The notes under the pieces were generated by a model. The model did not search any database, had not been told where the DNA came from, and worked only from the letters and a program-made list of their open reading frames with translations. A program made the translations under genes and the position numbers. 64,000 nucleotides of DNA from Eledone cirrhosa (taxonomy: Eukaryota). The stretch is taken from positions 397,606,001 through 397,670,000 of the forward strand of contig OZ024741.1 in assembly GCA_964016885.1 (NCBI GenBank), written 5' to 3'. Below, piece by piece: positions 11,289 to 23,722 of this stretch (positions are counted from its first letter, which is position 1; each line of letters starts with the position of its first letter).

Positions 11289-11289
<1 letters not shown>
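11127..11289. mobile_element. MITE with 20-bp TIR TGGCATACGTCAAGACGGGC in (TA)n
   Basis: Perfect TIRs, TA flanks; inverted second copy nearby. Confidence 0.8.
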
Positions 11290-11320
<31 letters not shown>

Positions 11321-11650
11321 ATTGAAAGATTACTAAAAACTGGACATCGATTGATATTAGTTAGATGTAGCAAGGGCTCTGTGTATGTCGAGGACAGAAG
11401 TAGACTTTTTAAATAACTATATATATATAAATATATATTAGATATTATAATTCGGTTCTTCCTAGTTAGACGTTCAAACGATGTAATAGTATAGGGTTTG
11501 TTTTCTCATAGTTCTGACTTATAATGATGTAGTGAGAGACAGTAGATTGTAAACAAATATATAAAGAAAAACACACACATTATATATATATATATACACA
11601 CACACACATATATATATACGCACATATATATATACATACATATATATATA

Positions 11651-11811
11651 TGGCATACGTCAAGACGGGCACACATATATATATTAAGAAATCCATACAA
11701 TTGCCTGTGTATCGTAAATTATACTATTGAGACCTGTTGTAAAAAAAAAATAAAATAAAAATTCACAGTGTCAAAAATTACTTTCACTTTCCAGACCGCC
11801 CGTCTTGACGT

Positions 11812-11817
<6 letters not shown>
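11651..11817. mobile_element. Second copy of the same MITE, inverted
   Basis: Near reverse complement of 11127-11289. Confidence 0.8.
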
Positions 11818-11875
<58 letters not shown>

Positions 11876-11879
<4 letters not shown>

Positions 11880-12060
11880 ATATAGAAGAGCTTCTACAGG
11901 ACTAGAACTGTTTCATTCGTACAGCCAGCTTCCAGATGATTTCTAAAGAATGAAACAGTTCTAGTCTTGTAGAAGCTCTTCTATATTAAAACTTCTATAC
12001 TCTGCTATGTATTGAATACCTTACTTACTGTCGTTACCTCCGATTCAACCTGGAATAACT
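11876..12060 (+). mobile_element. Short element with inverted 5' duplication and degenerate hammerhead-like core
   Basis: Arms 11876-11918/11948-11990; CAGATGA...GAAACAGTTC; (TA)n both sides. Confidence 0.6.
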
Positions 12061-12082
12061 TATATATATATATATATATATA

Positions 12083-12267
12083 ACAAAGGAATTGTGGTAA
12101 GGAACCAGATGGACCATAACGCACCAGAGTACTCAATACTTAGGGTAGTAGAGTGGGAAATAGAAAAAAGTATGACCCCAACGGCAGAGCTCAAGCCGTT
12201 TCGACGGCTATTTCAGTCCAGAAATAGCCGTCGAAACGGCTTGAGCTCTGCCGTCGGGGTCATACTT

Positions 12268-12271
<4 letters not shown>
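12083..12271 (-). mobile_element. Fold-back element, same family as 423-605
   Basis: Near-perfect ~49-bp-arm palindrome 12166-12270; body matches 479-605. Confidence 0.8.
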
Positions 12272-12307
<36 letters not shown>

Positions 12308-13856
12308 TCAACATTCCACATATACTATATACACCAACATATGTCTCTATATTGTCAGTTGTCTATAAATAGATTTTAGCTGTCGTTTGGACTTTTTACC
12401 AATGACAACATAATATACAGCTTTATGGTCTTTAGTTGTGTAGTGGTGTAGTGGTGTAGTGGTGTAGTGGTGGTGTAGTGGTGGTAGTGGTGGTAGTGGT
12501 GGTAGTGGTGGTGGGGGTGGGGTATGGTGGTAGGTTGTTTGTAGTGGTGTGTAGTGGTGTGGTGCGGTTGTGGTGGTGGTGGTGGTGGTGGTATGCTGGT
12601 AGGTTATTTGTAGTGGTGTAGCATTGGTGTGGTGATGGTGTGTAGTGGTGGTGTTTAGCAGGGTTTCTATGGCTGGATGTCCTTCCTATCACCAACCACT
12701 TTACAGAGTATAAACCACCAATACTAAGGGAGATTGTTGTGCCATTCATACAACAGCAGAATCCTCTGGTGTAATTTCTTAACAGAGACTATATACACAC
12801 ACGTGTGTATATAGCAATATGACCATTTCTAGATATAACAATATATATATATACCTTATTTTTCGGAATATAAGATACCCTCTAAATTTAACAGGAATAT
12901 CCAGGAAAAATAAAATTAAGGGGAAATTAACACAACGCTATTAAAATTTTAATCCCCATCTGTTTTTCAGGCATAGTATATCTTGGAATACATTAACCAA
13001 TGTACCCTTGAATAAATATTATAGTTCTTATTGTAGTAGTTAGTTATATATATATATGTATATAATGTAGGAGGTGAGTTTTATTGTAGCACAATAAAGC
13101 AATGCAAATATCGGATAAGTAGCACTCAACAGTTTGTTGGACTGGAGTATATATAAGAAGAAATTAAAAGATGGTTAAAAATGTTCCATGTATTTTATTA
13201 TGCGCATTTCAAAAACAAATATCATCCTGAGACGATATTTGCGTTCTCATCAGATAAAATAGGGAGACATGATATGAAGCTTAGAAAAACACTTGTGAGC
13301 AAGTTAGTGTCTAATTTCTTCTTATATATGTATATATATATAGATGTTTCTACCAGTGACTTTTTAAAACCATTTTCTTATCTAGTTTTCTTTTATTCTT
13401 CTTGATTTATAACAACAGTAGTTTGTTTGTTTATATCAATCCAGGTAAAAGGTGTGGCCTGTTTTTTTTATTTAATATTTATCATTCACACCTGTTGAAA
13501 AAAAAGGCGTTATATGAAGTTAGAACCACTCAATAAATAACATTGAAAATCTATCAATAAACATCAATCATTTGATTGTATTTATATTAAACTCTTTCTA
13601 GAGAAGAATTGAGTGGAAAACAAACATCGAAGATACACTTGTAACAACCAATATTTGATAGATTTACAACAAATACTAAATATTAGAGTAAAGAATGGTG
13701 TGCTCATGTGTGAAATGTTATGAAATAACTTATAAAGTTGGGTGAAGACCCTTAAACACGGAAAAAGAAGTTGCCATTGACCTTGGTATAATATATCTTC
13801 TAGAGAAGAATTAACTCTAAAATAAACATTGAAGATACACTTGCAACAACCACCAA

Positions 13857-14030
13857 TCATCATCATCATCATCATTATTTAACATCCATTTTCCACGCTA
13901 GCATGGATTAGATGAGTTGTTCTATTTGAGGCAAGTTGAGGTCAGATGACCATGTCTTGCTCATACAGACCCGATATTGGCTTGGTTTCTACAGGTGGAT
14001 GTCCATCCTTTTGCCAACCACATTTACAGG
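13857..14030 (-). mobile_element. RTE 3'-UTR-only fragment with (TGA)n tail
   Basis: ccacgctagcatgg hairpin and ggatgtccatcc...ccaaccacatttacag match RTE 3' UTR. Confidence 0.7.
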
Positions 14031-14075
14031 ATTTACAAGAAGAAAATCAGAATACTAAATATTAATATAAATAAT

Positions 14076-14255
14076 TGTTTCTACATTAGGCACAAGGCCA
14101 GCAATTACTGGTACTTTATTTTATCGACCCCGTAGGGATGAAAGGCAAAGTCAACCTCGGCAGGATTTGAACTCAGATCGTAAAGGGACGTAACTATGCT
14201 GGAAAGTATGGCGTCCGACCCTCTACCGATACTGCCAATCCACCACCCTTACAAC
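14076..14255 (-). mobile_element. tRNA-derived SINE with 15-bp TSD
   Basis: B-box gagttcaaatcc on minus strand; attaatataaataat at 14061-14075 and 14256-14270. Confidence 0.85.
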
Positions 14256-14518
14256 ATTAATATAAATAATGTTGTACTCAAGTGTAGAGATGTTATAGAA
14301 TAACTTATAAAATAGGGTGAAGATCCTTAAACACAGAAAAGGAAGTTGCCATTGGGTGCTAGTTAGTTTGTTGTGTTTCTGCTGATAACAGATTGTTTAA
14401 AGAGAGAAAGATAAGAGATAGAGTGCTCACAAAGTTGGCTTACAACCATTGATGATTACATAAATATGATGATTACATAAATAATATGGGGAGTAAAGGA
14501 AAGGACTATAGAGATTGT

Positions 14519-14981
14519 TTAACCCTTTAGTATTTAAACTGGCCATATCTGGCCAGGGTTCTCTCACCTTGGTGATACCGGCTGCATATACTTATGTTAA
14601 CCCTTTAGCATTTACATTACTCTCTATATACTGTTGTATTTTCACTGTAAACATTTTATCCCACATAATTATCTCACATAATATCAAATCTACGAGATTT
14701 TGATATAATTTATTTTGAGAAGAATACCTTAACATAAGTATGAACAGCCAGTTACAGCTGGTTTGAACAGAAAGAGGTGAGAGAGTTCTGGCCGGATATG
14801 GCTGGTTTAAATGCTAAAGGGTTAAGGTATTGATCTCAAAATAAATAATATCAAAATCTTGTAGCTTCGATATTATGTGAGATAAAGCCTTTTTTGTGAA
14901 AATACAAGAAAGAGTAATGTGAATGCTAAAGGGTTAATATGTGAATTCTAAAGGGTTAATATGTGAATGCTAAAGGGTTAA
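14519..14981. mobile_element. Cluster of piggyBac-type MITE copies and ends (TTAA-CCCTTTAG)
   Basis: ttaaccctttag...ctaaagggttaa termini repeated. Confidence 0.75.
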
Positions 14982-15085
14982 AGAGAGAAAAAGAATAAGA
15001 GATAGTTAAAAAGTTACTAAATAAACTATTGTGAGAGTTTCCTTTATAGTAGATTGATCTGTTGGATTTAGCAGTCAAGTCATCT

Positions 15086-15314
15086 TTAACCCTTTAGCAT
15101 TTAAACCGGCCATATCCGGCCAGAATTCTCTCACCCTTTTCTGTTCAAACTGGCTGTAACCAGCCATTCATAATAATGTTAAGGTATTGTTCTCAAAATA
15201 AATAATATTAAAATCTCATAGATTCGATATTACGTGAGATAGTTATGTGAGATAAAGTCTTTACCATAAAAATACAATAGTATATGTAGAGTAATGTAAA
15301 TGCTAAAGGGTTAA
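15086..15314. mobile_element. piggyBac-type MITE with TTAA TSD
   Basis: TIR ccctttagcattta; interrupts a tandem unit whose uninterrupted paralog lies near 15570. Confidence 0.8.
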
Positions 15315-15624
15315 CTTCCTAGCATCTTCAGATATTTTACTATATAATCCAGTGTGAAGGTGTGGGTGGTGTAACGGTTAGAGTGTTTGGCTCTTGATTT
15401 TAAGTTTCTTGCAAAGTAGATTGATCTGTTGAACCTAGCAGTTAAGTCACCTTCAGATATTTTACTATATAAGCTAGTGTGAAGGTATGGGTGGTGTAAT
15501 GGTTAAGCTGCTTGGTTCTCAATCTTAAGTTACCTCTATATTAGGTTGATCTGTTCAATTTAGCAGTTAAATCACCTTTAATCAACTTCCTGCTATCTTC
15601 AGATATTTTACTACATAAGCCACA

Positions 15625-15905
15625 TGAAGGTGTGGGTGGTGTAATGGTTGCAGTGTTTGTCTATTGATCTTAAGGACATGAGTTCAATTCTCACTGCTGT
15701 GTCATGTCCCTGAGCAAGATATCTCATTTCATGTTGCTACAGTTTATTCAGCTGGTAAAAATAAGTTGTACCTCTAATTCAAAAGACCAGCCTTGTCACA
15801 CACTGTTTCTCCCTCAGAACTACGTTAAGGATGCATGTTTCTGGGATACTCAACCATTTGCATGTTAATTTCATGAGCAGTCTGTTCTGTTGATTGAATC
15901 AAGTG
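15625..15905 (+). mobile_element. tRNA-derived CORE-type SINE preceded by tandem duplications of its 5' junction (15040-15670)
   Basis: ggtgtaatggtt A-box, gagttcaattc B-box, tgtccctgagcaagatatctcatttc CORE-like segment. Confidence 0.65.
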
Positions 15906-16069
15906 TAACACATGTACCTAATACCTGTCCAATTACCACATGGCACTCCTTTCAAGGAGCATTTATGAAATCTTAACTTGCTCAGTATAGCAGGCAATTT
16001 ACCTTTAACTCATTTCCTACCATCTTTAAACACTTTACTACATGTGTCAGCTGACTTCCTACTGTCTTC

Positions 16070-16310
16070 AAATAGGGTTGGATATCACCCAGCCATCTTA
16101 CTCGGGGTCTACTGGATATCACCCAGCCATCTTACTTGGGGTCTACCCCTGGGTCTCCTGTCGGTTGGTTTTGCCCATAAAATCTGTCCAGCCATTCTTT
16201 CCTGAGACATTCTAACCATATGTCATGTCTGTAATATCAGAGCTGTGATCTCTCAATTCAGAGAACTAGCAGCTCTACCTGGAGTGACTCGATCAAGTAA
16301 CGTTACTCCA
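16070..16310 (-). mobile_element. Decayed RTE (Rex3/Expander-like) C-terminal fragment
   Basis: Minus strand encodes IERSQL*YYRHMVRMSQERMAGQI...KPTDRRPRGRP. Confidence 0.7.
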
Positions 16311-16489
16311 AAGTTCCTGTCACCAGGACTACTTAATTACAACAATACATCTTTCCCTTTAAAAAGAAGAAACCTTTGCAAATTCCTGGGGGAAAGTCCC
16401 TGCATTATTTACTGCTCACAGTTTTCCATTGAATATATTAATAGTTTAAATTTAGTTGGTTAGTGGTCATGTTGATGACACAACAGAAA

Positions 16490-16790
16490 GAACCCAGTCC
16501 ACCCTATAAAATGGTTATGTTGATGACACGACAAAAACAACACAGTTCAATCTGTTTCTTGGTCATTTTGGTGCCCTGATAAAAAGTACCCAGTCCACCC
16601 TGTAAAATGTGGTTGGTGTTGGGAAGGACACCCAGCTGTAGAAACCAAGCCAGAAACAACTCTGTATGAGCAACACATGGTCACCTGATCTGACTAGTCT
16701 CACAAGGGGTCAACTCATCTAACCCATACTAGTATGAAACCTAGACATTAAATGGTGATGATGATGATGATGATTATGATGATGATTATG
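16490..16790 (+). mobile_element. RTE 3'-UTR-only fragment
   Basis: ggttggtgttgggaaggacacccagctgtagaaa and (TGA)n tail. Confidence 0.7.
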
Positions 16791-17083
16791 AGGATTCTGT
16801 TGCAATATATCTTGCTCCGTCTTGTCTATTTAAATCTCATAATCTAAACATGTCAGCAGAATTATATCAGATTTTTATGAATGAACACAGAATGGCATTA
16901 TAATGCTATACCCAGGGATGCCTCTGCATGGAAACGTAATAAGTAAAGTGGGTATTTATATACTTCCTATAGTAGGCTGAGAAATGTAATTATATATACA
17001 GTAGAGTGTGTTAAACTGAAGAAAAATACAATAGTGTTTTAAGAAAATCACACATTCATACTTCTAAGACATGAAACTGTGAA

Positions 17084-17135
<52 letters not shown>

Positions 17136-17161
17136 GCACCACCACTACTACTACTACTACC

Positions 17162-17238
<77 letters not shown>

Positions 17239-17242
17239 CACT
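17084..17242. repeat. (CTA/CCA)n microsatellite
   Basis: Direct inspection. Confidence 0.9.
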
Positions 17243-18412
17243 ACAGCTGTTGTGACATAGAATATGGTGTTACAACTGTTGTGACATAGAATATGGTGTT
17301 ACAACTGTTGTGACAGAATATGGTGTTACAGCTGTTTTGGCATAGAATATGGTGTTACAACTGTTGTGACATAAAATAAGGTGTTACAACTGTTGTGACA
17401 GCATATGATGTTACAACTGTTGTGACAGAATAAGGTGTTACAACTGTTGTGACATAGAATATGGTGTTACAACTGTTGTGACTCTGAATATGGTGTTACA
17501 ACTGTGTGACATAGAATATGGTGTTACAACTGTTGTGACTCTGAATATGGTGTTACAACTGTTGTGACTCTAAATATGGTGTTACAACTGTTGTGACACT
17601 AAATATGGTGTTACAACTGTTGTGGCTCTGAATATGGTGTTACAACTGTTGTGAAACTAAATATGGTGTTACAACTGTTTTGACTCTAAATATGGTGTTA
17701 CAACTGTTGTGACACTAAACATGGTGTTACAACTGTTGTGACTCTAAATATGGTGTTATAACTGTTGTGAAACTAAATATGGTGTTACAACTGTTGTGAC
17801 TCTAAATATGGTGTTACAACTGTTGTGACTCTGAATATGGTGTTACAACTGTTGTGACTCTGAATATAGTGTTACAATTGTTGTGACTCTAAATATGGTG
17901 TTACAACTGTTGTGACTCTAAATATGGTGTTACAACTGTTGTGACTCTAAATATGGTGTTATAACTGTTGTGAAACTAAATATGGTGTTACAACTGTTGT
18001 GACTCTAAATATGGTGTTACAACTGTTGTGACTCTGAATATGGTGTTACAACTGTTGTGACTCTGAATATAGTGTTACAATTGTTGTGACTCTAAATATG
18101 ATGTTACAACTGTTGTGACTCTAAATATGGTGTTACAACTGTTGTGACACTAAATATGGTGTTACAACTGTTGTGACTCTAAATATGGTGTTACAACTGT
18201 TGTGACATAGAATATGGTGTTACAACTGTTGTGACTCTAAATATGGTGTTACAACTGTTGTGACTCTGAATATGGTGTTACAATTGTTGTGACTCTAAAT
18301 ATGGTGTTACAAATGTTGTAACTCTAAATATGGTATTACAACTGTTGTGACTCTGAATATGGTGTTACAATTGTTGTGACTCTAAATATGGTGTTACAAC
18401 TGTTTTGACACA
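17242..18412. repeat. 29-nt minisatellite (gttacaactgttgtgactctaaatatggt)n, about 40 copies
   Basis: Period 29; internal imperfect palindrome gttacaac-t-gttgtgac. Confidence 0.95.
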
Positions 18413-19040
18413 TTCAGCTTTTTAAAAAAACTACGATGTTTTTCAACATGCTGACACATATGTATGTGTGTGCATGTGTATCCATGTGTGTATGTATATA
18501 TGTGTGTGTATGTGTATGTACATATGCATACATTTATATGTATGAGTATATAAATATAAACGTGCAAACACAGACACACTGACAAAAATACACACACACA
18601 TACATTCACACAAACACACACATACATCCACACAAACGCACACATACATTCACATAAACACATACATTCACACAAACACAAACACACATGCATTCACACA
18701 AACACACATACATTCACACAAACACACACATACATTCACACAAACACAAACACACATACATTCACACAAACACACACATACATTCACACAAACACACACA
18801 TACACAGGATAACAAATGGAATGCCAGCTGCTATTTTGTTATAGTTTTTTCACCATCCCCTTCCTTCCTTTTATACTTTACATATAGTATGCAGGCAGCA
18901 GATGTAAAGAGAGAGGGTAGTATGAGGTTGTCAAACTCCTCTCTCTTTACGTGTTGTGACAGAACCACAGAAATTTATATATAGATTATTATACCTTATA
19001 TAAAAAAAATATCATTAAAATTGTTTTAAAACAAAGATGG

Positions 19041-19253
19041 GCACACACATTGCACACATTGCACACATTGCACAGATTGCATGCATTTCACAGATTGCAC
19101 ACATTGCACAGATTGTATGCATTTCACAGAATGCACACATTGCACACATTGCACAGATTGCACACATTGCATATATTTCACACATTGCACACATTGCACA
19201 GATTTCACAGATTGCACACATTGCACACATTGCACAGATTTCACAGATTGCAC
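19041..19253. repeat. 9-nt minisatellite (ttgcaca(c/g)a)n
   Basis: Direct inspection. Confidence 0.9.
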
Positions 19254-19399
19254 TGTGCTATAATGGGAGAGATATAATGTCCTGCTGTGGTGCAGGTTGC
19301 TAAATGTGACGGTAATATCTGAGATACTTAAAAAGATTGATGCACACATGGTTGCCATGTGTTGTGTGCAGCTAGTTGTGAGTCAGGGTAATATGAACA

Positions 19400-19971
19400 C
19401 ATCATCATCATCATCAACATCACCATCATTATTACCATCATCATCATCGTTATCATCACCATCATCATCACCATCATCGTCATCATCACCATCATCGTCA
19501 TCATCACCATCATCGTTATCATCACCATCATCATCATCATCACCATCATCGTCATCATCACCATCATCGTTATCATCACCATCATCATCATCATCACCAT
19601 CATCGTCATCATCACCATCATCATCATTATATTCATCACCATCATCACCATCATCACCATCACCAACACCATCACCAACACCACCATCACTACCACCACC
19701 ATCACCAATACCATCATCACCATCATTATCACCATCACCACCATCACCATCACCAACACCACCACCACCACCACCACCATCACCACCACCACCATCACCA
19801 ATACCATCATCATTATCACCATCACCACCACCATCACCATCACCACCACCACCACCATCACCACCACCACCACCATCACCACCACCACCACCACCACCAC
19901 CACCACCATCACCAACACCACCACCATCACCACCACCGCCACCACCACCACCATCACCACCACCACCACCA
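19400..19971. repeat. (CAT/CAC)n microsatellite
   Basis: Direct inspection; poly-S/P ORF is an artefact. Confidence 0.9.
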
Positions 19972-20069
19972 TTTAAGGTCCATTTCTATATTTAAAGAAA
20001 TATAGAAGTTAATAAAGTTCATATCATTCATAAGATTATTAGAGACAAGAATGTTTTTCCATATGCTGA

Positions 20070-21779
20070 CATCATCATCATCATCACCGTTTTACGTCTG
20101 TTCTTCCACGCTAGCATGGGTTAGACGGGTTGTCCTGTTGTGGGCAGTGTCTGGTCGGCTGACCATGCCTTGCTCATACAGGAACTGATTTGGCTTGATT
20201 TCTACAGCTGGATGCCCTTCCTAACACCAACCTCATTTACAGTGAGTGCTGGGTGCTTTTCCGTGGCGCCTACACGTCCACTTTACAGTGTGGGCTGGGT
20301 GCTTTTTTGCCGTGGCACCTCCATGACCACCTTGCGGTGGGGTGTGTGGGGGCATATTGTCTATATGCTTCAGCTTGTACCCATGGGAGGTCGGGTACTC
20401 TGTATTACTGCGTGACGCCAGAAGTCACGGTCGTGTGTCATTGTCTTTGAGAGGTGCAATTGGGTAAGGTCGGCTTTTATCACCTCATCCCAGGTCATCT
20501 TGGGTCTCCCACGTGGTTTCCATCAACTTCTAGTGCTCTGCACCTTTTTATGCAGCTGTCATCCTTCATACGCATCACATGTCCATACCAGCGCAACCGC
20601 CTCTCCTGCACACAGCATTTGATTCCTCTTATGCTCAGTCTCTCTCTCAATTCATTTATGCTTTGTCGTTCACGTATATTACTGTTACACATCCATCAGA
20701 GCATGTAGGCTTCGTTTCTCTCTAATCTACGTAAGTCTTCCACCTTCAGCGCCCAGGTCTCACTACCATGCAACATCGCTGTTCGGATACACGCATCATA
20801 CAGTCTGCCTTTCATTCTGAGGGAGAAGCCTTTTGCAGCTAGCAGTGGTAGTAGTTCCCTAAACTTCTTCCATCCTGTTCTTACCCTAGTTATTGTACTT
20901 TCTGAACACCCACCTCCGCTGCTAATTCGGTCACCTAGGTAGCAGAAGCTGTCTACTGTTTCTACAGGGCCCTCCCAGAGATTGGTGGTACTTGTTTCCT
21001 GTGGCTGTTTGCTGCTTGCTGTCTCAGCACAGCTGCTGCATATGAAGCCTACATTCTTAATTAAGCTTCCTGAGATCCCGCTACATCTCTTGTGTACCCA
21101 TTGTTTGCATTTGGGGCAGAGAATGGAGTTCCTACCTACACCTTTCCTACATACTGAGCAAGGCCATTTCCCTGAGGGGATCTGGGTTCTGTTTTCTCGT
21201 CTACTTACAAGGACCTTAGTCTTTGTCATGTTGACTTTGAGACCCTTTCTTTCTAGTCCCTGCTTCCAAGTTTGGAATTTATTCTCTAGTTCTACCATAG
21301 ATTCAGCTATGAGTGCGAGGTCATCAGCATACAGGAGTTCCCATGGGCATCCGGTCTTAAACTCCTCCGTTATTGCCTGCAGGACTATGATGAACAGAAG
21401 AGGGCTAAGAACAGAGCCCTGGTGGACCCCAACCTGTACACTAAATTCCTCGCTATACTCATTGCTAATCCTAACTTTGCTGACTGCTCCCCTATACATG
21501 GCTTGTACCGCTTTCACAAGCCATTCATCTACTCCCAGTTTTCTAAGAGCCCACCAGATTACAGCACATGGAACTCTGTCAAAGGCTTTCTCAAGGTCGA
21601 CAAATGCCAAGTAGAGTGGCTTACTTTTAGTTAGGTACTTTTCCTGTAATTGCCTCACAAGGAAGAGGGCATCACTGGTGCCTCTTCCTGGTACAAACCC
21701 AAATTGCATCTCGTCTATATTCACCCGGTCCCTAATCAGCTGTGCTATAACTCTTTCTGTTACTTTCATGACCTGGTCA
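20070..21779 (-). mobile_element. 5'-truncated RTE LINE, sister subfamily B (frameshifted near 20695)
   Basis: ORFs 20696-21779 and 20495-20692 with LLYADD and PHD-type finger; 3' UTR and tail. Confidence 0.95.
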
Positions 21780-22040
21780 TATGTATGTGTATATGCATGT
21801 GTGCGTATATGTATGTGTATATGCGTGTGTGTGTGTGCAAATGTGTGTGTGTGCGTGTGTATGTGCATATGCATACATTTATATGGATGAGTATATAAAT
21901 ATAAACGTATAAACACAGATACAAAAATACACACTCACAGATACACATTCACACATACATTTACACAAACACATACATACACATACACTCAGCGTGGTTT
22001 TTTCACCCCCCCCTTCCTTTTACACATACATTAACACAGG

Positions 22041-22260
22041 CAGCAGAGGTAAAGAGAGGGGAGTAGTATGAGGTAGTCAAACTACTCCTCTCTCTTTACA
22101 TGTTGTTCACAAGCAGCAGAGGTAAAGAGAGAGGAGTAGTATGAGGTAGTCAAACTACTCCTCTCTCTTTACATGTTGTACACAGGCAGCAGAGGTAAAG
22201 AGAGAGGAGTAGTATGAGGTAGTCAAACTACTCCTCTCTCTTTACATGTTGTGACAGATC
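22041..22260. repeat. Three tandem 73-nt units each holding a ~19-bp-arm hairpin
   Basis: gtaaagagagaggagtagt...actactcctctctctttac; period 73. Confidence 0.85.
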
Positions 22261-22344
22261 ACAGAAATTTATGTATAGATGTGAATGAAATGGCACACAT
22301 TTTCTCCATGACACAGTGGCTACAAACATTTTACATTCGTTGTT

Positions 22345-22810
22345 TTGGATGTGCAATAGCAATATACGTGAATGGCAAAGTATAGATGTACTGCGTGGGA
22401 AATTAGGCATAAGAGGGATCAGTTGTTGCATTCAGGAGAAGAGATTGCGTTGGTATGGACATGTGATGTGTATGAAGGATGACAGCTGTATAATAAGGTG
22501 CAGAGTGCTCAAATCGATGGTAGCCGTGGGGTGGGCAGGCCTAGGAAGACTTAGGATGATGTAATAAAAGCTGACCTTGTACAATTACACCTCTCAAATG
22601 CAATGACACAAAACCGTGACCTCTGGCGCTATGCAGGTTTACAGAAGACCCCGTCCTCTATTATTCTCAGGCTGAGGCTTATACCTAGTAGGCAACACCT
22701 TCCTCAACCTTCTCCCCTCTCATTCACTTCCCTTAGTGGTAACCATACCTCCCCTACTACCCTGTCCACAATTTCCCCAAGCTTCTCCCCACTCCCTAGT
22801 CCCAAGACAA
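22345..22810 (+). mobile_element. RTE 3' fragment
   Basis: WMCNSNIRE...KRLRWYGHVMCMKDDSCI. Confidence 0.85.
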
Positions 22811-23590
22811 AAGCACCTAGGCCCCACTGTAAAGTGGTTGTGTCAGTGACATGATAAAGGTACCCAGTCCACACTGTAAAGTGGTTGTGTAGGTGACACA
22901 ACAAAAAGAGCCCAGTCCACACTGTAAAGTGGTTGTGTAGGAGTCACAACAAAAAGAGCCCAGTACGCACTGTAAAGTGGTTGTGTAGGAGTGACAACAA
23001 AAAGTGCCCAGTACACACTGTAAAGTGGTTGTGTAGGAGTCACAACAAAAAGAGCCCAGTACGCACTGTAAAGTGGTTGTGTAGGTGACACAACAAAAAG
23101 AGCCCAGTCCACACTGTAAAGTCGTTGTGCAGGAGTGACAACAAAAAGTGCCCAGTACACACTGTAAAGTGGTCGTGTAGGTGACACAACAAAAAGAGCC
23201 CAGTACACACTGTAAAGAGGTCGTGTAGGTGACACAACAAAAAGAGCCCAGTCCACACTGTAAAGTGGTTGTGTAGGTGACAAAACAAAAAGAGTCCAGT
23301 CCACACTGTAAAGTGGTTGTGAAGTGACACAACAAAAAGAGCCCAGTCCACACTGTAAAGTGGTTGTGTAGGAGTCACAACAAAAAGAGCCCAGTCTACA
23401 CTAAAGTGGTTGTGTAGGTGTCACAACAAAAAGTACCCAGTCCACATTGTAAAGTGGTTGTGTCGGAGTCACAACAAAAAGAGCCCAGTCCACTCTGTAA
23501 AGTGGTTGTGTAGGTGACACAACAAAAAGAGCCCAGTCCACACTGTAAAGTGGTCATGTAAGTGTTACAATAAAAAGTGCCCAGTCCACC
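22810..23590 (+). repeat. 48-nt minisatellite derived from the RTE 3' UTR, about 16 copies
   Basis: cccagtccacactgtaaagtggttgtgtaggtgacacaacaaaaagag matches RTE 3' UTR subrepeat (e.g. 63185-63280). Confidence 0.85.
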
Positions 23591-23722
23591 GGGTGAGCTA
23601 AACATTGTCCTCTGACCTGTTTTTTTCCTTAAGGGTCAATTCATCCTATGAATGATGGATGCTAATCGACGAGGCTGATGATATATCTATGTGTGTATAT
23701 ATATATGAAGTGTGTATGTATA

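Noticed and set aside
11933-11961. Functional hammerhead
   Set aside because: Core reads CAGATGA, not CTGATGA, and no stem I; kept only as a degenerate remnant
12853-13160. Tc1/pogo-like element starting taccttatttttcggaatataaga
   Set aside because: No matching right-hand TIR found
17242-18412. CRISPR-like 29-nt palindromic repeats (also 57200-57822)
   Set aside because: No unique spacers, no cas genes, eukaryotic context
19297-19995. Extensin-like Ser/Pro ORF and other poly-V/H/T/YI ORFs
   Set aside because: Translations of microsatellites
22062-22226. let-7-like tgaggtagt in hairpins
   Set aside because: Only 9 nt match and it lies in the loop, not an arm
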